The notes: generated by a model from the sequence alone, not told the origin. Shown: positions 16,501 through 26,608, counted from the first letter of the stretch. The stretch is DNA of 58,138 bases from Pseudomonadota bacterium (GCA_018827585.1 JAHJXP010000016.1:1-58138); one strand, 5' to 3'. Made by a program: numbers and translations.

Positions 16501-17676
16501 TTACCAGGGTCTCTTCGGTTTTCCGTAATCCTTGTCCACTTCGAGCTTGCCGAGGTCGGTTGTCGCCTGCCCGCGCGCGCTCTTGATGGTGTCGATGCCG
16601 CGGCCGACGATCCCCTTGTTGGAGGCGTAGGCCTTGCCGGTCTCCTCGCTGATCAGCCCCTGCTTGAATAGCTCGATGATGTAATCGTCGAAGGTGACCA
16701 TCCCGAAGGCCCTCCCCGCCTGGATGATCTCGTAGAAGGTCTTTCCCTCCGATTCTCCATGGAGGATGGCGTCCTTCACCCGGAGGTTCGCCCCCATGAT
16801 CTCGAAGGCCGCCACGCGGCCCCCCCCTTCCTTGGGGAGGAGGCGCTGGCAGACGATCCAGCGGACCGTATCGGCCATCCGGATGCGCACCTGGTTCTCC
16901 TCGTCGGTGGAGAACATGCCCAGAATGCGGTTGATTGTCTGCCCGGCATCCACCGTGTGGAGCGTGCTGAGGACCAGATGGCCGGTTTCCGCGGCGGACA
17001 GGCCGATCTCCACCGTCTCCCGGTCCCGCATCTCGCCGACGAGGATGATCTTCGGCGCCTGGCGGAGCGCGGCGCGGAGACCGCTCGCGAAGTTGTCGAA
17101 ATCGCTCCCCATCTCCCGCTGGTTGAAGGTGGCCTTGCGATGGGGATGGGAGAATTCCACCGGATCCTCGAGCGTGACGATATGGACCGCTTTCTTGTCG
17201 TTGATCTCATTGAGGAGCGCCGCGAGCGACGTCGATTTTCCGCTCCCCGTCGCGCCGGTCACGAAGATGATCCCGTTTTTCTCCTCGGCCATTTTGCGGA
17301 AGGTCTCGGGGAGGTTCATGCCCTCGAAGGTGGGGATCTTGGACTCCAGCTTTCTCAGGACGATGGAATAGTTGCCCCGCTGGGAGAAGATGTTCACCCG
17401 GAAACGGGCCCGGCCCGGCAGTTCGTACGATAAGTCGCACGACCCCTCGGCGAGGAGGTTCTCCGTCAGCCGCCGGTCCTGATTGATCAGGTTCAGGGCG
17501 AATGTTTCCGTCTGGAAGGGGGTCAGTTTCTCGAAGGGCAGGTCCATCTCCACGGGGACGAGCTGGCCTGCGCTTTCCACCTGAAAGGGCCTCCCCACGG
17601 TGATGTTCAGGTCCGATACGTTATTGTGGATATCGAGCATCTTGCCCAGGATATAATCGATCTCCTGAATTCTCAT
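16501..17676 (-). CDS. PilT/PilU-family type IV pilus retraction ATPase paralogue (391 aa, extended C-terminus)
   Basis: Walker A GATGSGKST, Asp/His boxes (LVGEMRD, VLSTLHT), and RBS GGGAGG. Confidence 0.85.
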   Translation of the reverse strand: MRIQEIDYILGKMLDIHNNVSDLNITVGRPFQVESAGQLVPVEMDLPFEKLTPFQTETFALNLINQDRRLTENLLAEGSCDLSYELPGRARFRVNIFSQRGNYSIVLRKLESKIPTFEGMNLPETFRKMAEEKNGIIFVTGATGSGKSTSLAALLNEINDKKAVHIVTLEDPVEFSHPHRKATFNQREMGSDFDNFASGLRAALRQAPKIILVGEMRDRETVEIGLSAAETGHLVLSTLHTVDAGQTINRILGMFSTDEENQVRIRMADTVRWIVCQRLLPKEGGGRVAAFEIMGANLRVKDAILHGESEGKTFYEIIQAGRAFGMVTFDDYIIELFKQGLISEETGKAYASNKGIVGRGIDTIKSARGQATTDLGKLEVDKDYGKPKRPW

Positions 17677-17712
17677 TGCTCACCTCCCGAAAAATGAAAA
17701 AGCCTGCGGCCG

Positions 17713-18795
17713 CTAAACCTCGGTGAAGTCAGCCGGCGGGGTCTTCAAAAACTGGCGGAACCGCTGTTTGTCGTTGGCCTTCATGTAGGCCTCGTCCGGA
17801 CCGATCCATCCCTTCTGCAGGAGCTCCTGGATCGCGTCGTCCAGAAGCTGCATGCCGTATTTCTTCCCCGTCTGGATCATGGAGGGGAGCTGGAAGGTCT
17901 TCGATTCCCGGATCAGGTTGCGCACCGCGGAGTTCGCGATCAGGATCTCCAGGGCGGCGCAGCGACCCTTGCGGTCGATCCGCTTGAAGAGGACCTGGGC
18001 GATCACCGCCCTGATCCCGTCGGCGAGGGTGGAGCGGATCTGCATCTGTTCCTCGGCGGGGAAAACCTCGATGATCCGGTCCACGGTCTTGGCGGCGCTC
18101 GTCGTATGGAGGGTGCCGAAGACGAGATGCCCCGTCGAGGCCGCTTCGACGGCGAGCGAGATCGTCTCCAGGTCGCGGAGCTCGCCGACGAGGATGATGT
18201 CGGGGTCCTCGCGCAACGCCCCGCGCAGCGCCGCCGCGAAGGATTTCGTATGCCGGCCGACTTCCCGGTGATTCACGATGCAGCTCTGGCTCTGGTGGAC
18301 GAACTCGACCGGGTCCTCGATCGTGATGATGTGGTCTTTCCGGTTAAGGTTCGCCTCGTGGATGATGGCCGCAAGCGTCGTCGACTTGCCGCATCCCGTC
18401 GGCCCGGTGACCAGGACCAGGCCCCGGGGGAGAGAGGCCAGCTTGGGGATGACCTGGGGGAAGCCCAGTTCGGCGCAGGTGACGATCTTGCTGGGGATCT
18501 CCCGAAACACCGCCCCGCAGCCGAACTGCTGCTCGAAGAAGTTGGCGCGGTAACGGGCAACTCCCGGGATCTCATAGGCAAAATCGACATCGCCCGTCTC
18601 TTCGAACTGCTTGATCTTGTGTTCGGGGGCGATCTCATAGATCATCGCCTTCAGACCGTCGTTGGTAAGGACGTCGAACTTGATCCGCTCCAGGTCCCCC
18701 CGGAGCCGGAGTGCCGGCTGCTGGCCGGAGACGAGGTGCAGGTCGGATGCCCCCTGGTCGTGCATCAGTTGGAAGAACGCATCGATTTTTGCCAT
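17713..18795 (-). CDS. pilT: type IV pilus twitching-motility ATPase PilT
   Basis: MAKIDAFFQLMHDQGASDLHL... N-terminus, Walker A GPTGCGKST, LVGELRD and FGTLHT. RBS AAGGAGG. Confidence 0.9.
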   Translation of the reverse strand: MAKIDAFFQLMHDQGASDLHLVSGQQPALRLRGDLERIKFDVLTNDGLKAMIYEIAPEHKIKQFEETGDVDFAYEIPGVARYRANFFEQQFGCGAVFREIPSKIVTCAELGFPQVIPKLASLPRGLVLVTGPTGCGKSTTLAAIIHEANLNRKDHIITIEDPVEFVHQSQSCIVNHREVGRHTKSFAAALRGALREDPDIILVGELRDLETISLAVEAASTGHLVFGTLHTTSAAKTVDRIIEVFPAEEQMQIRSTLADGIRAVIAQVLFKRIDRKGRCAALEILIANSAVRNLIRESKTFQLPSMIQTGKKYGMQLLDDAIQELLQKGWIGPDEAYMKANDKQRFRQFLKTPPADFTEV

Positions 18796-18980
18796 GGGTG
18801 ACCTCCTTTGTGCAATTTGTGAACGGATTCTTTCGGGAACACTGCGCTTCTCCCATCCCGGGGATGTTACAGCGTCATTCTGATATGCCCGAGCCCGACC
18901 GGATCATATTGGAGGTCCGGCGTCGCGACGGTCACAAAGTATAGGAAAAAGGGAGGCCTTGTCAAGACAAAAGGGGGGGG

Positions 18981-19022
18981 AATTCCGCCGTTCCTGCATG
19001 AAGATGCGGAAACGGCGGAATT
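18981..19022 (-). terminator. hairpin downstream of atoE (possible terminator)
   Basis: A 12-bp stem AATTCCGCCGTT / AACGGCGGAATT. On the minus strand it is followed by C8 then TTTT, so the U-tract is displaced. Confidence 0.35.
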
Positions 19023-19084
19023 GAAATCCCACAGACATCCGTGCGATTTAGGATGCCTGATTTTCTTCCCGCTTCCTCAGAGCT

Positions 19085-20470
19085 CTAATACGGGAAGAAA
19101 TACAGCCCGAGGCCGATGAAAGGCGCCGCTACGACCATGAGAACTATGCAGTACCCCATGATGTCCCTGGCGCGAAGACCGGTGATCCCAAGCAGAGCAA
19201 TGGCCCAGAAAGGCTGAAACATGTTCGTCCACATGTCGCCGCATCCATAAGCCACGATCGATTTGCCTACCGGAACGCCGAGTTTCAAAGAAATCTCTGA
19301 GATGATGCCGCCGATTACGCCCCATTCACCGCCGCCCGAGGGGATGAAGAGATTGACCAGTCCGGCGACGAGCCAGGTGATGACCGGGAACGTGGCGGCG
19401 GTTGCGAAGCCGAGGAACCAGGTCGTGATTATCGCTGCCAGACCGGAGAAGGAAATCAATCCCATGATTCCGGCATAGAAGGGGAACTGGAGGATGATGC
19501 CGGCGGAGCCCGGGGTCGCTTCCGTAATCGCCCGAACGTAGCGGATGGGCGTCCGGTGCAGGATGATCCCGGCGGCCAGGAAAATGAAGTTGAAGATGTC
19601 CAGGTTCAGGTCCAGCCCTTTGGTTGCGAAATAATAGACGATATAGATGATCCCCGCGAGGCCGACCACATAAGAGATCAGCGTACTGTTCTCCAGTATG
19701 TCCGCCAGACCTTTATTCTTAACGGGAGCGGAGTTATTCCCTTTCTCTAACTTTGCCTCCCCTGCGATTTCCGCAGAGACCTTCTCGGCGCCGAGAAGCC
19801 GGTCAATACCATGACTGTCTTCGTCTTTCGGCGTCATGAGCCACATGGTGATGGGGACCACGATCAGGCAGAGCATGATGGCCATCAGGATTGCGTACCA
19901 GGTGAAAATGGACTCGGTGACCGGAACGATGCCGATAATTTTTTCAAAGACATGTCCCTTTGTCGCGGAGAGGAGCCCGGCCGAAGACGATGGGCCGACA
20001 TGCCATACCATCTGCCCCGTGTAAGCGGCTGCCGCCAGAAGGGGATAGTGGAGGGGGATCTTCTTTATAAAACCCTGCTTGGCGACTTCCCGTGCAAAGA
20101 TCGCAGCCACGATCAGGCCGAGCCCCCAGTGGAGATAGGTCATTATCGTGGCGATATAGGCTGTCATCAGCACGGCTTGCCCCCCCGTCTTGGGTATCTG
20201 CGCCAGCTTTTTCAAAAAGGGATGCACACCCGGGGCGATCGCCAGGGCGTGACCCGTAACGAGGATAAGGACCATCTGCATGGCAAACGTCAGGTATTTC
20301 CAGAACCCGGCGTACCAGTGCTTCAGCATGTCCATAGGTCCGTTGTTGGTCAGAACAAGCCCCATGATGTAGGCGATAAACGTGAGCAGAATCGCGAAAA
20401 GATAAGGATTGGGCATGTTTCTTTCTGACCAGTCGGACATCACACTACCGCTTTTAGCAATGATGTTCAT
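19085..20470 (-). CDS. atoE: short-chain fatty acid transporter, AtoE family
   Basis: Polytopic membrane protein. The N-terminus (...SERNMPNPYLFAILLTFIAYIMG...) and overall length are typical of AtoE/TIGR00366-type transporters. Confidence 0.75.
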   Translation of the reverse strand: MNIIAKSGSVMSDWSERNMPNPYLFAILLTFIAYIMGLVLTNNGPMDMLKHWYAGFWKYLTFAMQMVLILVTGHALAIAPGVHPFLKKLAQIPKTGGQAVLMTAYIATIMTYLHWGLGLIVAAIFAREVAKQGFIKKIPLHYPLLAAAAYTGQMVWHVGPSSSAGLLSATKGHVFEKIIGIVPVTESIFTWYAILMAIMLCLIVVPITMWLMTPKDEDSHGIDRLLGAEKVSAEIAGEAKLEKGNNSAPVKNKGLADILENSTLISYVVGLAGIIYIVYYFATKGLDLNLDIFNFIFLAAGIILHRTPIRYVRAITEATPGSAGIILQFPFYAGIMGLISFSGLAAIITTWFLGFATAATFPVITWLVAGLVNLFIPSGGGEWGVIGGIISEISLKLGVPVGKSIVAYGCGDMWTNMFQPFWAIALLGITGLRARDIMGYCIVLMVVAAPFIGLGLYFFPY

Positions 20471-20636
20471 CCTTCGTCCCTCCTTTCAGCAGGGTTATCA
20501 GCATGGTTAACGGTTGATGAAATAGTTCGCTTCCGCCAAACTTAAATAACCACCCCCCTCCTCGATCCGTAATTCGACAGGGAAAAAACATTGCCAGGCA
20601 AAGCGCGCGGCTTTGCAGAATCCCTGAATCGTTCCT

Positions 20637-21413
20637 CTAATGGGCGGTCCATCCGCCGTCAATGTGCAGGATATGACCCGTGACCATGTCCGAGGCGTCG
20701 GAGGCCAGGAAGATGAGCCCCCCGGTCAGGTCCTCGGGTTTACAGAGTCTGCCCAGGAGAATGTTGCCCATCACATACTCCCGGAAGGATTTTTCTTCCA
20801 GCATGGGACGGGTCATGGGCGTCTCCACAAATGTGGGCGCGAGGGCGTTCACGCAGATATGGTGCTTGCCCCATTCCAGGGCAAGCACCCGCGTGAGCTG
20901 ATTAATGGCACCCTTGCTGGCGCCGTAGGCCGACCGCTTGATCAGGCCGACGCTGCCGGCCTGGGATGAGATGTTGATGATCTTTCCCTTCTTCTGCCGG
21001 ATCATCACCTTGCCTACAGTCTGGGCGCAGAAGAAAACCCCTTTCACGTTGAGAGCCATCACGCGGTCCCAGGCCTCCTCGGTCACCTCTTCGGCCCACT
21101 GGGGGACGTTGACCCCGGCGTTGTTGACCAGGATATCGATACGGCCAAAGCGCTCCACGGCTGCTGCGGTCATCCGCTCGATCTCGGCAACAACGCCCAC
21201 GTCTGCCGGCAGCGCCAGCGCCTTTCTTCCCAGGGTCTCCACCTCACTGCCCACCTGCTCCAGCTCCGAGAGGGTCCGGCTGCACAGCACAACGTCTGCC
21301 CCGTAGCGGGCAAGATCCAGTGCCATCTGCCGTCCGATCCCCCGTCCGGCCCCCGTGACGAGGGCCACCTTGCCGGAAAGATCAAACTCGGGATAGGGAA
21401 TCCTGTCGCTCAT
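20637..21413 (-). CDS. SDR-family oxidoreductase (FabG/gluconate-5-dehydrogenase-like)
   Basis: TGAGRGIG cofactor motif, NNAG, and the catalytic S...YxxxK (YGASK). The internal ATG at 21413 with RBS GAGGAG is preferred over the track start at 21452. Confidence 0.85.
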   Translation of the reverse strand: MSDRIPYPEFDLSGKVALVTGAGRGIGRQMALDLARYGADVVLCSRTLSELEQVGSEVETLGRKALALPADVGVVAEIERMTAAAVERFGRIDILVNNAGVNVPQWAEEVTEEAWDRVMALNVKGVFFCAQTVGKVMIRQKKGKIINISSQAGSVGLIKRSAYGASKGAINQLTRVLALEWGKHHICVNALAPTFVETPMTRPMLEEKSFREYVMGNILLGRLCKPEDLTGGLIFLASDASDMVTGHILHIDGGWTAH

Positions 21414-21467
21414 AAGGTCTCCTCGGGGTAAGCGTTCCAGTACCAAAGCCACGGCCTTGTCGACTTT

Positions 21468-23303
21468 TTACGGGAGCATCAATTGCCGGAGCTTTTCCGC
21501 GGTGGGCAGGCCCTCTTCGCTCCAGCCCCGGTATTCGTAGTAGTCGGCCAGCAGCTGTCCCATCGGCGGCAGCCGGGTGGTAATCTCCTCGCCTTTGCGG
21601 TTGCGGGTCAAAAACCGCGGAGGGAGAAAATCGTCCTTGCGGCTGACCCCCAGGCGCGCGTTGAACAGCCTCTTGAGCGTGAAGACCCTCTCGCCGACTG
21701 TCATCAGCTCTCCGATATCCGTTTCCCTGCCGGTGATCATGTTATACCAGTCGACAATGTTTGTGGCGGTCACCGCTTTGCCGACCTGGGTAAAACGGCA
21801 GATGACCAGGGTGTCGTTCATGGTCTGGTAGTTTTGCATTTTGGCGGTCATCTCGGCCGTGCCTTCCAGCTGGCAGGAAGGGTGGGGTTTGTCGATGCCG
21901 ATTTCCGACATGAACAGCGCCAGCTCGTAGGGATGGCTCCAGCTTGCATTGTGGCAGGCCCCGCGGGCCGCCGTGCCGTAAGACAGGGCCTGGCTCCAGA
22001 ACCGCCGCGGATCGTGCGCCGAGGGCTCGAGCCCCTTGACGTGCATGGCGAATTCCATGGCGTGTCCCCCCAGGGTGCGGGCCATGCGCAGGACCCCTTC
22101 CCCCATGAGCTCCCCGATCCCCTCCCGGAGGGCGATTTTTCGGGTCATTTCCACCAGGGCCTCGCCGCTGCCCCAGCGCAGCTCGATCCCGTCCGTGTCC
22201 GCGGCTGTGATCAGCCCCTTTTCAAAGGCCTCCATGGCAAAGGCGATAACGGACCCCGTGGACATGGTATCGAGCCCGTAGCGGTTGCACAGGTCGTTGG
22301 CCTTGCAGATGGCCCCCAGATCATCGACCAGGCATTCGCCTCCCATCGTGCCGATGGTTTCGTACTCCGGACCTTCTCCCTCCAGAGGGGCGTACGGCCC
22401 TTCGTCGATCCGGATGTGACGGCCACACGCGATGGGACACTGCAGACACGCCGTTCTTCCCTTGAGGATCGTGTCGTGCATGGTGGCCCCGGAGATCTTG
22501 ACCGCGTCGGCCCAGCGGCTCCCCCGCCAGTTCTGGAGGGGGAAATTACCCAGTTTCTCGTAATTTTCCACACCGCCGGAAGTTCCGTATTTGCCGAAGG
22601 TCTCGGTCGCCTTCCGGATATGCGGCAGGACGGTTTTCATCTGCTCCTGCAGGTCGTTCTCACGGGCCTGAAGGGTCTTCTGCGTTCCGTAGGCCACCAT
22701 GGCCTTCAGATTTTTTGACCCCATGACCGCACCCAGCCCGCACCTCGCCGCTTGCCGGACGATGCTCCCCACGTGCGGAATGCCGGCGATCCGGGCCATC
22801 CGCTCCCCGGCGGGACCGATCACCGCGGCGCTGGCCTTGTCCGTCGTCTGATTCTTCAGCCATTCTGCCGATTCCAGGGAATCCTTTCCCATGATGGGAT
22901 GCGCATCCCGGATTTCCACCCCGCCATCATGAACCCACAGGTAAACCGGCCCATCGGCCTTCCCCGTCACGACGATCCCGTCGTATCCGGTTTTCTTGAA
23001 ATGGACCGCCCAGGAGCCGCCGATGCTCGACTCCCCGAGGAAGCCCGTAAGCGGCGAACGTCCCATCACGTGATGCCGGCTCGAGGCGGGAACCCGGCTG
23101 TCGGTAAAGGGGCCGGTCATTGCCGTCAGGATGTTCTCCGGACCGAGAGGATCGGTGGCTGGGGTGGTTTCGTCGTAAAGCAGCCGCGCCCCGAAACCCG
23201 CACCGCCCACATATTTTTCCAGCAGGGAATCATCAAGATCCTGAACCTCGGTCTTACGGGCGGTCAGGTCAACCCTTAAAATCCTCTTGTGATAGCCGAA
23301 CAT
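21468..23303 (-). CDS. aor: tungsten-type aldehyde:ferredoxin oxidoreductase (AOR family)
   Basis: 611 aa. The AOR N-terminal domain (MFGYHKRILRVDLT...YVGGAGFGARLLY) is followed by the pterin/4Fe-4S domain with conserved Cys (CLQCPIACGR). Confidence 0.9.
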   Translation of the reverse strand: MFGYHKRILRVDLTARKTEVQDLDDSLLEKYVGGAGFGARLLYDETTPATDPLGPENILTAMTGPFTDSRVPASSRHHVMGRSPLTGFLGESSIGGSWAVHFKKTGYDGIVVTGKADGPVYLWVHDGGVEIRDAHPIMGKDSLESAEWLKNQTTDKASAAVIGPAGERMARIAGIPHVGSIVRQAARCGLGAVMGSKNLKAMVAYGTQKTLQARENDLQEQMKTVLPHIRKATETFGKYGTSGGVENYEKLGNFPLQNWRGSRWADAVKISGATMHDTILKGRTACLQCPIACGRHIRIDEGPYAPLEGEGPEYETIGTMGGECLVDDLGAICKANDLCNRYGLDTMSTGSVIAFAMEAFEKGLITAADTDGIELRWGSGEALVEMTRKIALREGIGELMGEGVLRMARTLGGHAMEFAMHVKGLEPSAHDPRRFWSQALSYGTAARGACHNASWSHPYELALFMSEIGIDKPHPSCQLEGTAEMTAKMQNYQTMNDTLVICRFTQVGKAVTATNIVDWYNMITGRETDIGELMTVGERVFTLKRLFNARLGVSRKDDFLPPRFLTRNRKGEEITTRLPPMGQLLADYYEYRGWSEEGLPTAEKLRQLMLP

Positions 23304-23322
23304 AGCATTGTTCCCTTTCCAG

Positions 23323-23595
23323 TCAGCCGCCCGAGGGCGGCAGCATAACCCTTACGATATCGTCATCATTGATGAAGTCATCGAGCCTGAGGAGCCGTAC
23401 CTTGTTGAAAAACATGACATGGGCGCAGAGTTCGACATCGGAGATCGAATCCCCGTGGTGGATCATCTTGACGAGTTCTGAGGGCAATCGGCCGATCAAC
23501 TCCCTTAAGGAAACAGGGTGTGAGAGCCCCAATTCCAGTTCCTTCCCGGCCACCTTTGTAAAGGGATTAGACAAGAGAAACCGCATCAGAACCAT
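23323..23595 (-). CDS. MoaD/ThiS-family ubiquitin-like small protein
   Basis: About 90 aa ending in ...VMLPPSGG (C-terminal Gly-Gly). It lies immediately upstream of aor on the same strand. Confidence 0.6.
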   Translation of the reverse strand: MVLMRFLLSNPFTKVAGKELELGLSHPVSLRELIGRLPSELVKMIHHGDSISDVELCAHVMFFNKVRLLRLDDFINDDDIVRVMLPPSGG

Positions 23596-23597
23596 CC

Positions 23598-24758
23598 TTA
23601 AAATGCGTTTTCAAACACCTTTTCGGAATCTTTCGCCGTCATCCGTCTCGGGTTGTTGGCCATGAGCCGCGTGACGTTGATGGATGCGGCCGCCATCTCA
23701 GGAATGGCTGATCGCGGGATATTCAGTTCGGTCAAGGTTTTGGGCATATCAATGTCCCGAAGAAGGTTCTTTACTGCCTCCACAGAGCGGTAAGCTGCTT
23801 CCACAGGCGACAGGTGTTCCACCTGCTCGCCCAAAAGCCTGGCCACCTCGGCGAATTTGACGACGTCGCCGGGGACATTGAACTCCATGACGTGGGGCAA
23901 GAGAATACCGTTGGCGATTCCATGCGGAACGTTGAATTGCCCTCCGAGCGGGTAGGCCAGGGCATGAACGGCGCCCACCCCGGCGTTGGCCAAGGAGATC
24001 CCCGCATAGAGGCTTCCGATGGACATGTCGTACCGGGTGTCCCGACGGTCACCCCGGGCCACGGCCGTCCGGAGACTCCCGCCGATGAGGCGGATCGCCT
24101 CCCGGGCGTACATGTCGGTCAGCGGTGTGGCGTTCATGGAGGTGTAAGACTCGATGGCATGGGTGAGGGCGTCCATGCCGGTGAAGGAGGTCACCCGTGG
24201 GGGCATGGAAAGGGTCAGCTCCGGATCGACTACCGCTGCTCTGGGCAGAATATAGGGGCTGACGATGCCCTTTTTGAGTCTAACAGCCGTGTCAGTCAAA
24301 ATGGCATTTGGGGTGACCTCGGCGCCGGTGCCGGCAGTAGTCGCCACCAGGAAGGCGGGGATACCCTGTTTTTTTAAAAGATTGACGCCGAAATAATCGT
24401 GAACGGTGCCGGGGTTGGTGCACAGGGTAGAGGTAACGGAGGCGATATCCATGGAACTGCCGCCGCCGACACCGACGATCAGATCGTACCGACCGGCCTT
24501 GGCCTGATCGATGCATTTTTCGCAACAGGCGATATCGGGATCGGGTATGACCTGGTCAAAAATGTCCACACTGATGTTCCGATCCGTCAGGACCTTCTCG
24601 ACCTTCGCGCTGATCCCCGAATCGACAATGCCCTTATCGGTGACCAGGAGCGCCTTTCTTGCCTCGAGGTTCCCGGCCTCTTCTCCCATCTTGGCCAGAG
24701 CGCCAAAACCGGCAAGGATGAGGCTCGGCGATTTGAGCGTGATCAGATTGCGATCCAT
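23598..24758 (-). CDS. iron-containing (group III) alcohol dehydrogenase
   Basis: VGVGGGSSMDIA motif and His-rich metal site (THAIES, HALAYPLGG...HG). The internal ATG at 24758 (MDRNLITLKSP...) with a GGGGGAG RBS is preferred. The upstream 83 codons of the track ORF have no ADH similarity. Confidence 0.85.
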   Translation of the reverse strand: MDRNLITLKSPSLILAGFGALAKMGEEAGNLEARKALLVTDKGIVDSGISAKVEKVLTDRNISVDIFDQVIPDPDIACCEKCIDQAKAGRYDLIVGVGGGSSMDIASVTSTLCTNPGTVHDYFGVNLLKKQGIPAFLVATTAGTGAEVTPNAILTDTAVRLKKGIVSPYILPRAAVVDPELTLSMPPRVTSFTGMDALTHAIESYTSMNATPLTDMYAREAIRLIGGSLRTAVARGDRRDTRYDMSIGSLYAGISLANAGVGAVHALAYPLGGQFNVPHGIANGILLPHVMEFNVPGDVVKFAEVARLLGEQVEHLSPVEAAYRSVEAVKNLLRDIDMPKTLTELNIPRSAIPEMAAASINVTRLMANNPRRMTAKDSEKVFENAF

Positions 24759-25240
24759 GGCGACTCCCCCTCTTCCGATTCTACCGACAATCGATAATGT
24801 GCACACAAGGACATCAAGCAGCGAACGTCTCTCTGGGAATGGAGCGGATAATTCCCCTATTTGCGAGAACTGACCATCGGGTGCGGAAAGACTAAAGGAT
24901 AAGATGTTGTCTGTCAAGGAAAAATAGCGGTCCCTTGACCAGTCCGCTCCCCCTGCAACATTGCAAGTGGTTTGAGGCCGCTCCAAGGCCCCGTCAAAGT
25001 TAGACAAAAATGCTTAATATTCAACTACATACGTTTTATTACGGTTTCTTTATAATATTCATGTAATTTCAGATACTTATGCACATATATGACTTAGCCC
25101 TGAGGCCGCTCGGGCGTCTGTTGAAAAGATCCGGTTCGTGGTGTATACTCTCCGCCATCGCAAAAGACCCCCCTTGCCTGCCTGGCTCAGGCGCGCCTGA
25201 GGGGAGATGGTCATCGTTCTGAAAGCGGAAAGGCGAACGG

Positions 25241-26104
25241 ATGATGGGACCGGGCAAATTGAGCCGCCTGATTGCGGATCCGGGCAGTCCAGCCCTGCTT
25301 CGGGGAGAGATCTGGGTCAGCCCGGATGTCCTTGCGCAAGCTGGTTTCGCTCGGGGACCCCAGGGTCTGGTAGCATTGGCCTCATCCCTGGGGGCGGATA
25401 TCTGTTTCTTCCCCTGGCCGGGACCGGCCGCGGTCCCCGATTTAAAGGAACTGGCGGAACTCGCCCATTTCGCCGGTCTGGACTGCGGGTTGACGATCGA
25501 CGGGCCTTTCCAGCGCCTTGCCTCTGCAGGAAACGTTCTTGACGTCTTCCTGGAACTGGGCAGGGATCCTGCCGGTTTCCGGCGCCGCCTTAACCGGGAG
25601 ATGGAAGGAATAACCAAATTCCTGGGCCTGATCGAGGAAGCGGGGATCGGACTGGTCGTGATCGGCGAAGATGTCGGTTATGCCGGGGGGCTCTATTTCT
25701 CTCCGGAGGTTTTCCATTCGCACCTGCTGCCTTTTTACAGGGTCCTGGTCGGCCGTCTCTCTCCGGAAGGGATTGCCGTGGGATGGCATTCGGACGGCAA
25801 AGTGGCGCCCATCCTGCCGGACCTGTTGCAGTGCGGATTTCGTTTCTTTGCCCTTGAGCCGGAGTGCGTGGATCTTCTCCGTTTCAAGCGGGCCCACGGC
25901 CCTCGGGCGACACTGATCGGGGGTGTCCGGACGGAGTGGCTGACCACGGAAGAACCCGGTCCGGAACAGCAGGCCCGCTGGCGTGAGGAAATAAGGGAAC
26001 TGGCCGGGGAGGGGGGATTGATCGTCGCGTCGTGCTGCGGGATCCACAGCCCTCTGTTTCTTTCACGTTTAAGACGACTTTACCGTCTGTTCGACGGGAT
26101 TTGA
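25241..26104 (+). CDS. uroporphyrinogen-decarboxylase (URO-D/MtaA)-like family protein, function unknown
   Basis: Weak by-eye resemblance to the URO-D fold (…SPEVFHSHLLPFYRVLV…HSDGKVAPILPDLLQCGF…ALEPE). The start is uncertain. Confidence 0.4.
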   Translation: MMGPGKLSRLIADPGSPALLRGEIWVSPDVLAQAGFARGPQGLVALASSLGADICFFPWPGPAAVPDLKELAELAHFAGLDCGLTIDGPFQRLASAGNVLDVFLELGRDPAGFRRRLNREMEGITKFLGLIEEAGIGLVVIGEDVGYAGGLYFSPEVFHSHLLPFYRVLVGRLSPEGIAVGWHSDGKVAPILPDLLQCGFRFFALEPECVDLLRFKRAHGPRATLIGGVRTEWLTTEEPGPEQQARWREEIRELAGEGGLIVASCCGIHSPLFLSRLRRLYRLFDGI

Positions 26105-26167
26105 AAGGCCCCGGACTGGGGGTCACGGATGACGCTGGGAAAATTTATGGACCCCTGCAACTATTTC

Positions 26168-26195
26168 TTGACAGTCTCTCCGGGAATCATATATT
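26168..26195 (+). promoter_or_regulatory. sigma-70-type promoter TTGACA-16 nt-TATATT upstream of tRNA-Ala
   Basis: Perfect -35 and a near-consensus -10, about 80 nt upstream of the tRNA 5' end. Confidence 0.4.
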
Positions 26196-26277
26196 ACAGC
26201 GCCGTGAAAAGTCATAAAAGCTCCGCCACCACATCGGCGTAGGCGGCCCCTTGCCGCGCCGCTTAAAGGAAACGGAT

Positions 26278-26353
<76 letters not shown>

Positions 26354-26365
26354 AATAGGTAAAAA

Positions 26366-26411
26366 GGGGACAGATGGTTTCCATCCGGAAACCGCCTGCC
26401 CCCTTTTCTTT
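26366..26411 (+). terminator. Rho-independent terminator after tRNA-Ala
   Basis: A long hairpin GGGGACAGATGGTTTCC-ATCC-GGAAACCGCCTGCCCCC followed by TTTTCTTT. Confidence 0.7.
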
Positions 26412-26445
26412 CGTTTCCTTCGCTGACTTTTATCCCGCATGATCA

Positions 26446-26576
26446 TGAGAGCTTTATGCCCTCCCAGTCATTGCGAGGCGCACAGCGCCGAAGCAATCTC
26501 ATGAATGATCGAATGCTTATGGGATTGCTTTGCTTCACTCGCAATGACTCTGGCGTATTTTTTAAAAGGTCTCGTC
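26446..26576 (+). repeat. REP/MITE-like palindromic element, family A, copy 1
   Basis: TGAGAGCTTTATGCCCTCCCAGTCATTGCGAGG...CTCGCAATGACTCTGGCGTATTTTTTAAAAGGTCTCGTC. Near-identical copies lie at 42248-42383 and, inverted, at 48024-48144. Confidence 0.8.
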
Positions 26577-26608
26577 ATGTCTGATGATGCTCCGGGGCGT
26601 ATGGGCTT

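Noticed and set aside
24759-25007. N-terminal 83-codon extension of the alcohol dehydrogenase ORF. Likewise 27629-27970 for the DHS-like ORF and 29290-29418 for ispA.
   Set aside because: The extensions have no similarity to the respective families and lack RBSs. Internal start codons with good RBSs give proteins of canonical length. The ispA extension lies inside xseB.
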